A stretch of 63,298 nucleotides of DNA, the filler included, from Conidiobolus incongruus B7586 (lineage: Eukaryota): NCBI GenBank assembly GCA_000697335.1. It is 6 parts of 6 records of this genome, joined end to end, with 100 filler letters (N's around TTAATTAATTAA, not from the genome) between each part and the next. Parts side by side here need not be neighbours in the genome. Positions count along the whole stretch, not along the records: positions 23,307 to 30,385 come from JNEM01006448.1; positions 30,486 to 36,629 come from JNEM01006449.1; positions 36,730 to 46,023 come from JNEM01006450.1; 3 more parts are not named here. The stretch is one strand, 5' to 3'. The notes beneath the pieces were generated by a model. That model was given only the letters and a program-made list of their open reading frames with translations, was not told the origin of the DNA and searched no databases. A program made the translations under genes and the position numbers. Positions 27,976 to 39,403 of this stretch are shown in pieces (the stretch's first letter is position 1; each line of letters starts with the position of its first letter).

Positions 27976-29201
27976 AATATAAATATAATTTATATATTCA
28001 AAGGATTAGATTTTGGTGCGCAAAGCTTGAACTAAATTTATTTTATTATATCTGGAGCAATTAAATTAGGCTTTTCAATTTGAAAAAGTGTTTATAATTT
28101 AAAAAAATTATTTTATTCAAAGATTATTCATTATATTCTATTTAAATTGCCAGTTTTCAAACTCAAGATTGCAAATACCTATATATATACATATGATGAT
28201 TTTTCTATTTCATTTTCTAGTTATAAATACAAAATCAATTACTTTTGATATGATTCATTCAGTTATCATTATTGAAATTGAATTGTATATCCATATTATA
28301 TCGTTTTAAATCCAGAGATGGATAATAAATCATAAAGATATTAATACAGCTCATCAATATATCATTTTGGGTAATATATTCCAAAATAATAGTATTCAAT
28401 AAACATGCGTATTAAAATATACTTTCTTGAATAATTTTCATAAAGTATTGTGATTCGAGTGCTGATTTTGGTGTATCTTAATCCAAGAAAATAAATGCTT
28501 TTGATACCAATCCTACAAATAAGTATAAAAAATTAAGCCTGAATTTTAAAATGTATAAAAATCTTAATTGATTTAATTTATATAATTTGAATTTATAATG
28601 AATTAAATTCATATTTCTAATATTTACCAAATTGAATTAATATATAATTGAAATTGATTTTGATTATAAGTTATTTTAAATATTAAGGATGAAATTATTT
28701 ATAATATATTATTGTTATGTTTAATTATTGGAGTATCTAGATAATCTTTATAACAAATTTTCTAATCAACATCATTTCCAATATATTTTAATATTTTTGT
28801 TTCTCCAAAAAAAGTTATATTGGTTGGAATTAATGAATTATTAATTAAGATAGAATTGATTAGTATAAATTGCCATATTCGAAATGATAACAAGTTTTCA
28901 CAAGGGTTTTAAATTACAAAGTTATTGCTGTTCTCGGATATTTAATTTTATTATTAGTCATAAGTTTTGAATAAAGATATATTATATAACTTTCGAATAA
29001 TTTTATATATAATATAATTCTGATATATAATTCAAATTTGAACATCTTAAAAACAGTCAGTTATTGCAAAATAAGATAATATTAATAAAATTTTGATATT
29101 AATTCCAAGATTAATTCTAATATTATCAAAATAATCAATTGATTTTTATTCATTTATGATATATTTTGAATATGATCGATATTTCATATTCAATGAAAAA
29201 T

Positions 29202-29444
29202 TTAAACCACGGCAACCAAACTCAGAGTATTTTTTGATAGACATTCAAGAGGTTTATCATCAAGAAGCTTGTATGGGAGATTATGTATATTCCTTATATC
29301 TTCAAAGTGATTTTCAGTAGATGGATCGATAATATCACTCAAATAAATTTCTGGCTTCTCCTTGGCCTGTTGGATCAATTGTTCGAGAAGTACATATTGT
29401 TGTTCAGAGGCTGGGATGAAATTTGTAGAATAACCGTTACCCAT
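29202..29444 (-). CDS. Small hypothetical protein B (80 aa) with MGxxxS start; paralog of 24245-24490
   Basis: Same promoter and first 24 codons as paralog A (inside the IR). The remainder is divergent but colinear (xxxYL...ExLSxxxxxLVxx). Confidence 0.8.
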   Translation of the reverse strand: MGNGYSTNFIPASEQQYVLLEQLIQQAKEKPEIYLSDIIDPSTENHFEDIRNIHNLPYKLLDDKPLECLSKNTLSLVAVV

Positions 29445-29735
29445 TTTGAATTAAGTGGCTATAGAAAAGGTAGATATGCTGGAGAGCTTGATAAATCAGA
29501 TAATTGAAGTGTGAAAGTATGCTTGTAGGTCTAAACCTAATTGCCAATATTTATAAGGCAACTTCTAAAGTGATGATGACCAATGATATTATACCTCCTT
29601 AATATCAATCAAATCATCGGGTAATTCAACAATATGGAAAAATACAGAACAATTGCCATTGTTCATCAATCAATCAATCGAAAATAAAACTAAAACAATT
29701 GAAAATTGAATTCAAGCTATTTAATATAACTAACA

Positions 29736-29766
<31 letters not shown>

Positions 29767-30385
29767 TTGATATAAGAGCTATTCAAAATGCTAGCATATA
29801 TCATTATCATAATAGGTGATATTAAAATGCATTTTAGAACTTAGAATTTTATCACACACTCAGTTTATATTAATATTCTGACATTACTAGAACTTCAATC
29901 TTGTCTCAAACCTCAGTATGCATAATATAATATGATTCTATATCAAACTATGGAATATTGTGTTTAATATACTTTTAATAATATAATTAATAAATACATT
30001 AACATTGATAAATAAATTATACATATTACTAAATTCCATGTTTCAGTTGCTATAGTTCACTATGTTCTTATAATTTTCAAGTATTATTCACTATCGGCTA
30101 ATGCTAAGCATATCAATTAAATCTGAAATATCGCTATGCTAACATTATATCAATTTTAAAATTGTGATATAGCTGGATATATATTCAATAGCTTTGAAGC
30201 TATTACTATTAAACATTCTTCACCTCTTCCATTTAGATACTTCCAAAATGCATATATTTATATTTCAATTAGCTCAGTAATTAATTATCAAAACTAATAC
30301 ATACAATAGCATTGATGACTAATCAAATTATTTTGATTTATTTAATTTTAATTATTACCATATTTGATGTTAGATTATAATAATT
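29371..30385 (-). repeat. Right arm of ~1.01-kb inverted repeat
   Basis: Reverse complement of 23307-24318, 3 bp longer because of one extra AAT unit. It ends exactly at the contig end. Confidence 0.95.
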
Positions 30386-30485
30386 NNNNNNNNNNNNNNN
30401 NNNNNNNNNNNNNNNNNNNNNNNNNNNNNTTAATTAATTAANNNNNNNNNNNNNNNNNNNNNNNNNNNNNNNNNNNNNNNNNNNN

Positions 30486-30854
30486 TCTTTTAAAGTTAAT
30501 TAATATATAAGTATATTTTTAAAAAAGGATTCAAGTATAATAATACTAATAAAAAAGATTTAATATATCTATAAATTACTATATATAATCATAAGAAAAA
30601 AAATATAGTTATATATTATTAAATATATCCCTTTATCTTAAAAACCTATAAATTTATAATTTATTTTGATTAAATATTAAAGTTTAATTTTTTGCTAATA
30701 ATTTATTAAATATATTTAAATATATTTATTTATTATCAAATAATATATTTTAATTATATATTAGAGTTTTAATAATTATATATATATAATTATTTTAGTT
30801 ATTAATAAAAATATATATATTTTTAATTTTATGACTTATTTTTTAGGGTTAATA
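30486..30854 (-). mobile_element. 5' end of a Tc1 (DD34E) element copy, truncated by the contig end
   Basis: The reverse complement aligns with 60311-~60690 (TIR ...AAATAAGTCATAAAATTAAAAATATAT; inner block AAATTTATAGGTTTTTAAGATAAAGGGATAT; start of the transposase). Flanked by TA. Confidence 0.85.
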
Positions 30855-32202
30855 TAATAGTTAATACTAATATACTATATTATTAACAAAATATAGTCTT
30901 AATTTTAAAAATAATATAAAGGAAATAAAAATAAAAATTAAGTGAAAAAAAAGCTTAGATTATAAGATAATTTAATATTATTTATAAAATTAATTTAGAT
31001 TTAAAAGTATATATTACCTATAAAACTTATAATAAATAAAATTATATAGAAATATAAATAAGAATTTAAATAACTAATCTTCTAGTAATTTTCCTTTATT
31101 ATAATAGTTCAAATCAATTTTTTCTAAATTTTAAAGTCTTACTATTACTAATTAGGTATGATAGTCTAATAGTTTCCCACTTTTAAAACTAAACTGACAT
31201 TATTAATATATATTAGATAAATCTATATATTAAAATCAAAAATTAATTTTTTATTTTGAAAAGATTAATTAAAATTATAATAATCCAATAATATCATATT
31301 ATTATTGAAAAAAAATTATTTTGTGTCATTTAGGAAATTATTGATAATAACTAACAATAATTAGCATTTTTTAAGTTTCCAAAACTTAAATAATAGTTCC
31401 TTTTATTTGATATATAATAAATTAACATAATTTCCAAATTTATATATATTAGTAATATATAGTGAAAATAAATATTATAAATTAGAATATATTATATTAC
31501 TTTATTAATTGTTTAGCAGTATTCAAATTTTTACTTTAATGATATAGTTTTTGAAAATGAAAAATAAATAATTCAAACATTAATCAAACATGACTAAAGT
31601 TATCATTGAACATAGTGTCTCAAAATTTTGTAAATAAATTAATTGGTAAAAATTTAAATACTTTCTATATGTTTGAAATTTGTAAAATTAAGATTAAAAA
31701 TTTTTAGCATTGTCAATAATCGGTTCTATTTATTATGAATTTATGTATTAATTAGAGCTTTAGCTCCAATGTATCCATATTGCAAGTAAGCTTTCCGAAT
31801 ATGATTGATCAGCCAAAGTTTAACATTTTTCGAATTTATAATTTCAGTAAAATTTAAATACGAATTTTAAATTAACTATGTATTCGGTTTCTAAATCAAT
31901 CAATTTACAACAAACAATCAAGTGAGTAGATTATTTTGAAATGATTTTCCTATATAATGTATTCATAAATATTATTCTTAACAAATATCAGAATAAGGTT
32001 AATATATTTCTTAAACAATATAAAACATTACCCAAAATTATATCATATTTTATTTTAATATTCAAACACAATATAAATAATGTGGAGAGAGTTGATGAAG
32101 GTGTAAAAATATTTGATATTTTCATTAAATATAAATATTCAGCAATTATATTTGATTAAAAAATCAGTTGATTGTTATTAAATATTAAGGCATCTTACTA
32201 CT

Positions 32203-32518
32203 ATGGGCTTCTTGAGTTTATTCGCTGCCCTATTATCTTTTGCTACTGCTTGTTCATCATTTACTATTATGATAGAAACTCTACGGATATCTGTTTGAGA
32301 GCTACTCTACCTTTTTACTTGGAGAAACATTGAGTATTTTGAACAACTATTGTAACTCTCTATAGCATCGTAATCATAATGGTTATCGTTGCTCCTCCCA
32401 CCTTCCAGGATTCGAATCTTTCATTATTGATTTTGTTGTAGACACTTCTGTTGGTAACCGGGTTGATATCATTGCTGATTCTCGAGTCAGAGTTCTATCA
32501 ATTTCCTTATTAGTTTAG
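32203..32518 (+). pseudogene. Disrupted paralog of the secreted protein at 35088-35396
   Basis: Signal peptide MGFLSLFAALLSFATA. With two frameshifts it reads IIYYYDRNS...SILNNYCNSL*HRNHNGYRCSSHLPGF...VVDTSVGNRVDIIADSRVRVL, aligning to HYYYP...DIINNYCHRY...ECELPLIGY...KVDADIKGKIDVHAKAKVDL. Confidence 0.65.
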
Positions 32519-35087
32519 TTGGTTATTTACCATATAATAGGACATCATTACTCTCTGTATACTATTTGAACTAGTTTACCATTTTCAATATATTTATAAC
32601 TTGAATGATTTTGTAATAAAAATTTTTATATATTTGATTGTAATTCTCATTTAATATAAATTCAGTTCCTCAATTGATTAATTATTGGAAGAATATAAAT
32701 AAATGAATTCTCATCAAGTTTATACTTGATATTAAATAAATATATATTATTAATGGTAACGTTTGAAAATGTTTTCACGATATTAGTTTATTTATTCTAC
32801 AGCGCCGATCAAATATATTTACTTCTAATTAATCTTTCAATAAGTGCAAATATTTTGATACTAATGAATATATAAATTGATCACTTAAAATTAAATAATT
32901 TTTCAATATTATTGAAGTTTATAAGATGTTTGGATTTTCAATATTTGCTTATTGAAGTATTTCCTATTAATGAGTATATGTGGTTTAATATTGTATATAA
33001 TATACAAATTGATATCCATGCTGTTCAACTTTTTATTGGATTAATAAAAATAAAAGATATGAACAGATACATTTTAATCAGTGAAATCACTGTTAAAGGT
33101 CATTCTGATAATGTCAAAAAATTTATGCCCTCAACATTGGCATTATTAAACTGTAATATTCCTTTTTTATTCACTACAATATAGCAGTAAATTAAGATTT
33201 AACGGATATGTTGATTTTACCATATATAAATCTCTGTTTTGTGAAATGTGTTTATATATTCTATTCTATTTTATACAATCCATAAATCAGCTTAATATTA
33301 CATTATTATCCCATTATTTAAAAATTGGAAACTCTAATATCATTGAATTATATAACACTCTTTTTATTTTACACTATATTTTTTGATAATTTATAAGGAA
33401 AGAATAAATATCAAAAAATTGGAAAAATATAATGTAAATATTCCTAGTGATATTAATTGATTTATTTTCAAAGGTTTTGGCTGATTATATATATGATATT
33501 AACTACAAAATCATTATTCAAAGACTAGTTTAACTAAACCTGTTTTTATGAATTAGTGATATGAAAATTTTACTCCTGCTAAATTGTATTAACAAATAAA
33601 ATTCTAATTGAATTAGGGTGTTATAAATATTCACTGATATATATTTAAAGAGATAATGGTACCATCCAATGAATGTTTATTTATTTATCTATTTATTTTA
33701 AAAACACTATTTTTAACTATATAAAATAATTTTATTATTATTAAAACATTGGTTTTCATTCAATCAGAATAAAATCGTTCAAAATTCATAAATTTAATAT
33801 TTATTAGCAGGATTAAGATGAAAAAAAGAATATATTTAGCTTGATATTTCTGAAATATATAACAGAAAGTTGGTATTAAATTATAACTAATGAGATGTTA
33901 TTATCTTATAAAGTATGGATTAATCAAATTTGAGTGATTTTTTCCGTAATGTTACGTTTACCTAGATGGTAACTTGCCTGAGCATCTTTACTTCATTATC
34001 TATTTCATTACGAGGAAGTTATCATGGAAGGAATGCCACTCTGCTCTAAAGGTTTCGTCTTCTAGAAGATCGACTTCGCCTTTAAACATTATCTTTGGAC
34101 GACAAGTGGACAATAAAAAGACCAATACACTAAGTCTAAATAATGGAGGACAGTGGACCTCTCTTAAGATAATATATGATTTATTCTCTGAATAAAGACT
34201 TCAATTTAGTACTGTCACTTATTAACAGCAACTTTCCTGCCTCAGTTACTTGTTTTATTCATCGTTAGCAACTAGTATTGCAACAATGTATAAGCATTTT
34301 ACATTTTGAATAAGAATAAATATCTCTCCCTAGTTTATAGATTCTATTTTGATTAAGTGATTATAATTCAAACCAACTAAAAATATAGGACTAGAAAATA
34401 TTAAAATTTATATGTTGAATAACATCGAATTGAAAATTTAAATATGTACCTGTTATAAATTTCCAGCGTTATAAATATTCTGAAGGTATATCATACTACT
34501 GTAATATTCAAATTATAAATTTAAATCTAATTAGTTAGTTATCAAAGTTCAAAATAGTTCTAATAGTGAATTTATTGATTAAATATTCTAAGTATACACA
34601 TATATATTATAAAATTTATATAAGTAAATACCAATATTAAATATATGCTAAGTTAATAATATAGGGTACCAAATCAAAAAAATTATATAACTTAAATTTT
34701 CGCATATTTAAAATTCTGAATATTTCTACTTCTTTACATTTACTAATAATTGAAATCGGTGATTTTGAAGCTTCAGTTTCAAAACTAATGCAAAAAATAA
34801 TTCAAAATTCAATTCATTAGTATAAATTAACCAAATTCAATACGGTAAATATTTAGTTTATTTTAAAATTCCGAGTTCAAAATAAAATTTTATTTCAGAT
34901 TTATTAGAATCAGTAAAAATTAATTATATTCAATTGGGTTAAATGTTTTTTGCTAGATTGTTAACATTAAAATGATGGTTATAATAGATGAAGATGAAGA
35001 TAAAGAGTATATAAGATTAACAAAAGGTCAATGTATAAAATATCAATTATTCCAATTTAATCACATTAATCGATTCACCTATTTACA

Positions 35088-35396
35088 ATGAAATTCTTGC
35101 CAATCTTAACTGCTTCTTTGCTCACCCCCTTCGTTGTCGCCGAGCACTATTATTATCCTTATAGTCTCATTGAAGTCATCCTCAATTTGGACGTCAGAAT
35201 CCATGTAAACGCGAAAGTTAACATTGATATCATTAATAACTATTGTCATCGCTACTCGGACGACTCTAACTATGAGGAATGCGAATTGCCTCTTATCGGC
35301 TATGACCATGTAGATGCACCACTAATTAAAGCTAAAGTAGATGCTGATATTAAAGGAAAAATTGATGTTCATGCCAAAGCCAAAGTCGATTTATAA
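35088..35396 (+). CDS. Small secreted protein (102 aa) with alternating V/I-D/K beta-rich segments and 2 Cys
   Basis: Signal peptide MKFLPILTASLLTPFVVA, elevated GC, and a pseudogene paralog 2.6 kb upstream. Confidence 0.8.
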   Translation: MKFLPILTASLLTPFVVAEHYYYPYSLIEVILNLDVRIHVNAKVNIDIINNYCHRYSDDSNYEECELPLIGYDHVDAPLIKAKVDADIKGKIDVHAKAKVDL

Positions 35397-35943
35397 TTCA
35401 ACCTTAATATACATTAATAAATACTACTAATTATATTCTGAAATCAAGTGTTGTGTTTGTTAAGCTTTCAATAACTTTATCTGTATATTCAAATTAATAT
35501 TACAATATATATGGAAGTTTCAACAAATATGGATGTATAATATTATTATTGTTTGAATTATATTTATATAGTAATTTTATTTGTATCAAAATTAATTTTT
35601 AGTATATATAGTGTACTTTAATATTTCCTTATATTGTAAAGCAAAATTTTAAAGCTATTTAATTTAATATAAGTTACAAACCGATATTTCTGATGATCAT
35701 ATATATTTCCTTAACCAGAATATATTTCTTTATTCCGTTATTTTAAATCATGGTGATATACTCCATTGAATATAAACAAAAATGAATTATATAATTCCTA
35801 AAACCCAATATTATATTGACTTATGAATAGTATATAATTTGTATTTTACTTATTTATTATTAATGAAATAAATGACAATGTAATAATTATATATGGTATT
35901 TTCTTGATTACAAGATCAAAGTCATCTTTAAAAATTTATAATA

Positions 35944-36629
35944 CACTAACCTACAAAAGTAAGTCATAAAATCAAAAATATATACATATTTTTTAATAAC
36001 AAAAGCAATTATATATATTAAATTACCTGAAACTATAATATATAATTAAGGTATATTATTTGATAATAAAAAATATATTTAGATATATTTAATCAACTAT
36101 TAGAAAAATATTAACCCTTATTATTTAACTAAGATAGGTTATAAATTTACAGGTTTTTGAGATAAAAGGATATATTTAATAATATATAACCATATCTTTT
36201 TTCTCTCTTTGTTATTATTTTATATAATATTTTATAGATATATTAAATTCTTTTTATTAATATCATTATGTTTAAATCCCTCACTAAAAAAATTTATTTT
36301 TGTATTAATCAATTTCATAAAAAAATAAATTAATTTATGATATTATTAAAATTACTAATGTTAACTAATTTACTATAATTAAAGCTATTAAAAATAACAA
36401 TAAAAATACATTTAAACTTCAATATATATAGATTATGAATTAATATAATAACAAGTATATTTATAAGTTAATTAATATAAATAAGTATAATATTATTGTA
36501 AAAATATAACAAGAATTATAAAATTAAATAAGAATATTGGTTAATACTAATATTATTATATATATTTTATATTAAAATAAATATTACTTATAATTTAAGA
36601 AAAAATATTGTTAATTAAAACATAATTTA
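35944..36629 (+). mobile_element. 5' half of a Tc1 (DD34E) element copy, truncated by the contig end
   Basis: TA then CACTAACCTACAAAAGTAAGTCATAAAATCAAAAA. Colinear with 60311-~60995 and retains the transposase ATG (ATG TTT AAA TCC CTC, ~36268). Confidence 0.9.
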
Positions 36630-36886
36630 NNNNNNNNNNNNNNNNNNNNNNNNNNNNNNNNNNNNNNNNNNNNTTAATTAATTAANNNNNNNNNNNNNNN
36701 NNNNNNNNNNNNNNNNNNNNNNNNNNNNNCAATTTACCATATAAATTCATTGAATTTAGATTATTTCACCTAATTTAGAACTCTTGTGCAACTAACCACT
36801 ATATAAAAAAATAAAAAAAATATTTCATTGGATAATATTTATTTAAATGAAAAAATAAATAAATAAATTCACTTGATTGATATCTA

Positions 36887-37167
36887 ACAAATTAAAATTT
36901 CATTCAGAGCCAAGCTAACAAATATTACATTTGTTAACCAATGCTCTCGTTTATAGATTAGAACAAAAGTCTATTTATTCTTATTTTTGTTAGAGGTGTT
37001 ATTCTTCCAGTCTAGATTCTGGCTTAGAGGCCTTCAGCCATAATCTATCAAATGGTAGCTTCGCGGCATTGACTGGTCAGTCAACCGCATAAACCAGGGA
37101 TTTGAATCAACGGTTCCTCTCGTACTAAATTAAATTACTGTCCAAATAACAAGTGGTTAGTAGGGTT
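36887..37167 (-). rRNA. Orphan 3'-terminal fragment of nuclear LSU (25S/28S) rRNA (pseudogene)
   Basis: Minus strand reads ACCCTACT...TTAGTACGAGAGGAACCGTTGATT (sarcin-ricin loop)...TGCCGCGAAGCTACCAT...GATTATGGCTGAAGGCCTCTAAGCCAGAATC. It is abruptly 5'-truncated at ~37167; the 3' limit is approximate. Confidence 0.93.
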
Positions 37168-37444
37168 ATTCATTCATTTTTTTTATTTTAATAATATGTA
37201 TATATATACTTTTTGTAATAAATATAGTTATAAAAATTATAAAATTATAATATTGAATAAACTAATCCTAATGATTATTATATATTAAAATTAATGATAG
37301 AATTAAATCCAAAATATTTAAAATTAATTAAATTATTAATTTATTAATAATTTTAAAATTTTTTAAATAATATTATTATATTATTTAAGATTTTTTAGTT
37401 AAAGCAATACAATTTAGTAATAATAATAAAAAAAAGGTTTTCAT

Positions 37445-37741
37445 TTATTGACAAACATTATTAAAAGTTCTTTCAACAACTTTCAACTCCCCCAAACTCA
37501 TTTTATAGCTGGTAAACGTATATTCATTGATGGGGCCTTGACATTGGCCATTGTAGCATAATTGCTTACCGTGGTCCTTTTGAGTACAGCTGGATTTATT
37601 GCTATAAATTATCTTCTTGGCCAAGATCAATGTCTTCAAAGGTTCTGTATGAGTCGAATTTTGAAGATAATGGAACAATGTATACTGTTTAGCTAATATT
37701 GTTGAGGTACTTAAAAGTATGGATATAATTATTAATTTCAT
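37445..37741 (-). CDS. Small secreted 4-Cys protein (98 aa)
   Basis: Signal peptide MKLIIISILLSTSTILA. Pattern C-x9-C-x4-C-x~29-C-x-stop (SSCTQKDHGKQLCYNGQCQGP...FNNVCQ) is shared with 38581-38889. Confidence 0.8.
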   Translation of the reverse strand: MKLIIISILLSTSTILAKQYTLFHYLQNSTHTEPLKTLILAKKIIYSNKSSCTQKDHGKQLCYNGQCQGPINEYTFTSYKMSLGELKVVERTFNNVCQ

Positions 37742-38580
37742 TGTTTAATTGGCAATATTTTTGATTGAGCATTGATATACTATCTATTTATATTTTTTGA
37801 CAACAAGGTTTAAAATTTTAATTTATCACAATAAATCATGTGCTCAAAAATTATGTAATTTAAATATAATAAATTGATTAAAATTTAATCAAAAAATTAT
37901 CTAGATTCTTATTATTTAATATTACCTAAAGAACCAATTTTAACTAAATAGTTTCAAAATATTTACGAAATTGTATAATTTAACGATCTAAAAATTATTA
38001 AAATATATTCAAAACTCAATATTAAATTTAAATAAATTAACTTAATAATGATTTTAACTCAATTATAGATCAATATTAATCAAAATAATGTGATTTAATA
38101 TATTAAATGATTTAAATTAAATTTATAATCTCACTAAATAAAGAATTAGCGATACTTAGTTTAGATTTAAATTAAATATTTAATTAATATCATCAATCAT
38201 ATTTTCATTTAAACTGTAAATTAATAATAACATTCTTTAGAAAGATTTCAATAATAAGGAACTAATCATTATAAATTTTAAATTGACAAATACTAGTATT
38301 GAGGCTAAATTTAATTAAGTTTAATTTCTAATCCTTTACATTTAGTAATTTTGATTAAACTTCGAATTATAATCAACACACTCCCAAACCATTAACCATA
38401 ACAGAGGTTGCATCAATAGAAGCTATTACGATATTTCAATATCAATTTGATATTACTTATTTGGCTTTAAACAAAAGATATTTGATGAGTATATGATTTG
38501 ATTACTTATAATCACTTCGTTAATATTAAATAAGATATTGTACCAAAGATTAATGATTTAAAAATTGAATATTTATTTTG

Positions 38581-38889
38581 TCATTTACAAACATCTTGGA
38601 ACCAAGTGCGATCACCGGAATCCCAGCTCTCGGATCCTCGAGCAAATATTCTACCTAGAGAAGCGACAGGAGGCTGTGTGCACTGCTTGCCTTCACATAG
38701 CCATTCGCCATCATCAAAGTAATTACAAGAAGTTGTACCATTACTACGCACTCCTTCATTGGTGTAAATTCTAGTACTCAAAGTGAACAAGTCTGTCTTG
38801 GTCCCGTAATAATAGGTAATCGCAAATTGAACACCAAATACGCTAGAAATATAAAAAATTAAATTCATTTTGAACTTCATTATCATCAT
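38581..38889 (-). CDS. Small secreted 4-Cys protein (true start probably Met at 38880 or 38868)
   Basis: Hydrophobic leader MNLIFYISSVFG, then TSCNYFDDGEWLCEGKQCTQP...WFQDVCK. A close pseudogene copy is adjacent. Confidence 0.85.
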   Translation of the reverse strand: MMIMKFKMNLIFYISSVFGVQFAITYYYGTKTDLFTLSTRIYTNEGVRSNGTTSCNYFDDGEWLCEGKQCTQPPVASLGRIFARGSESWDSGDRTWFQDVCK

Positions 38890-39115
38890 AAATAAGTGAT
38901 ATTATGTTAATTTATATTAATCCTATAAATTCAACAAACTGCTTGAATTGGATCAAGTTATATTTTATTAGAAATGAAATTGATCACATGAAATAAATTG
39001 ATAAACAAAGGATTTCACTATTGAAAATGAAAATTATTGAATAATTAACAAAATTTTATTTGAAATCTTTAATATTAACAATGATTAAAGAAAAAATATT
39101 TCAATAATTATTGAT

Positions 39116-39403
39116 TCATTTACAAACATCTTTGTACCAAGTACAATCGCCAGAATCCCAAAGCTTGGATTCATACACAAATTTATAGAGAGAGTAGTGA
39201 GAATAGGCTGTGTGCACTACTCGCCATAAGATACCCTTTCTCCATCGCCAAAGTAGCCGCAAGAAGTGATTCCACTTTTATTCACCCCTTTGTTGGTATA
39301 AATCCTGGTTCACAAAGTGAATAAATCAGTCTTTGTTCCTTAGTAATAGGTGATAACAAATTGAACGCTAAAAAAGGCTAGAGATATAAAAGATCAAATT
39401 TAT
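39116..39403 (-). pseudogene. Pseudogene paralog of 38581-38889
   Basis: Reads (ATA)NLIFYISSL../VQFVITYY*GTKTDLFTL*TRIYTNKGVNKSGITSCGYFGDGERVSYGE*CTQP../YESKLWDSGDCTWYKDVCK*. Start ATG>ATA, three internal stops, frameshifts. Confidence 0.9.

Noticed and set aside
23307..30385. Linear plasmid, Polinton or autonomous TIR transposon interpretation of the IR-bounded contig
   Set aside because: No DNA/RNA polymerase, integrase or transposase ORF or relic was seen inside, and TSDs cannot be assessed because both ends abut gaps. A non-autonomous element is not fully excluded.
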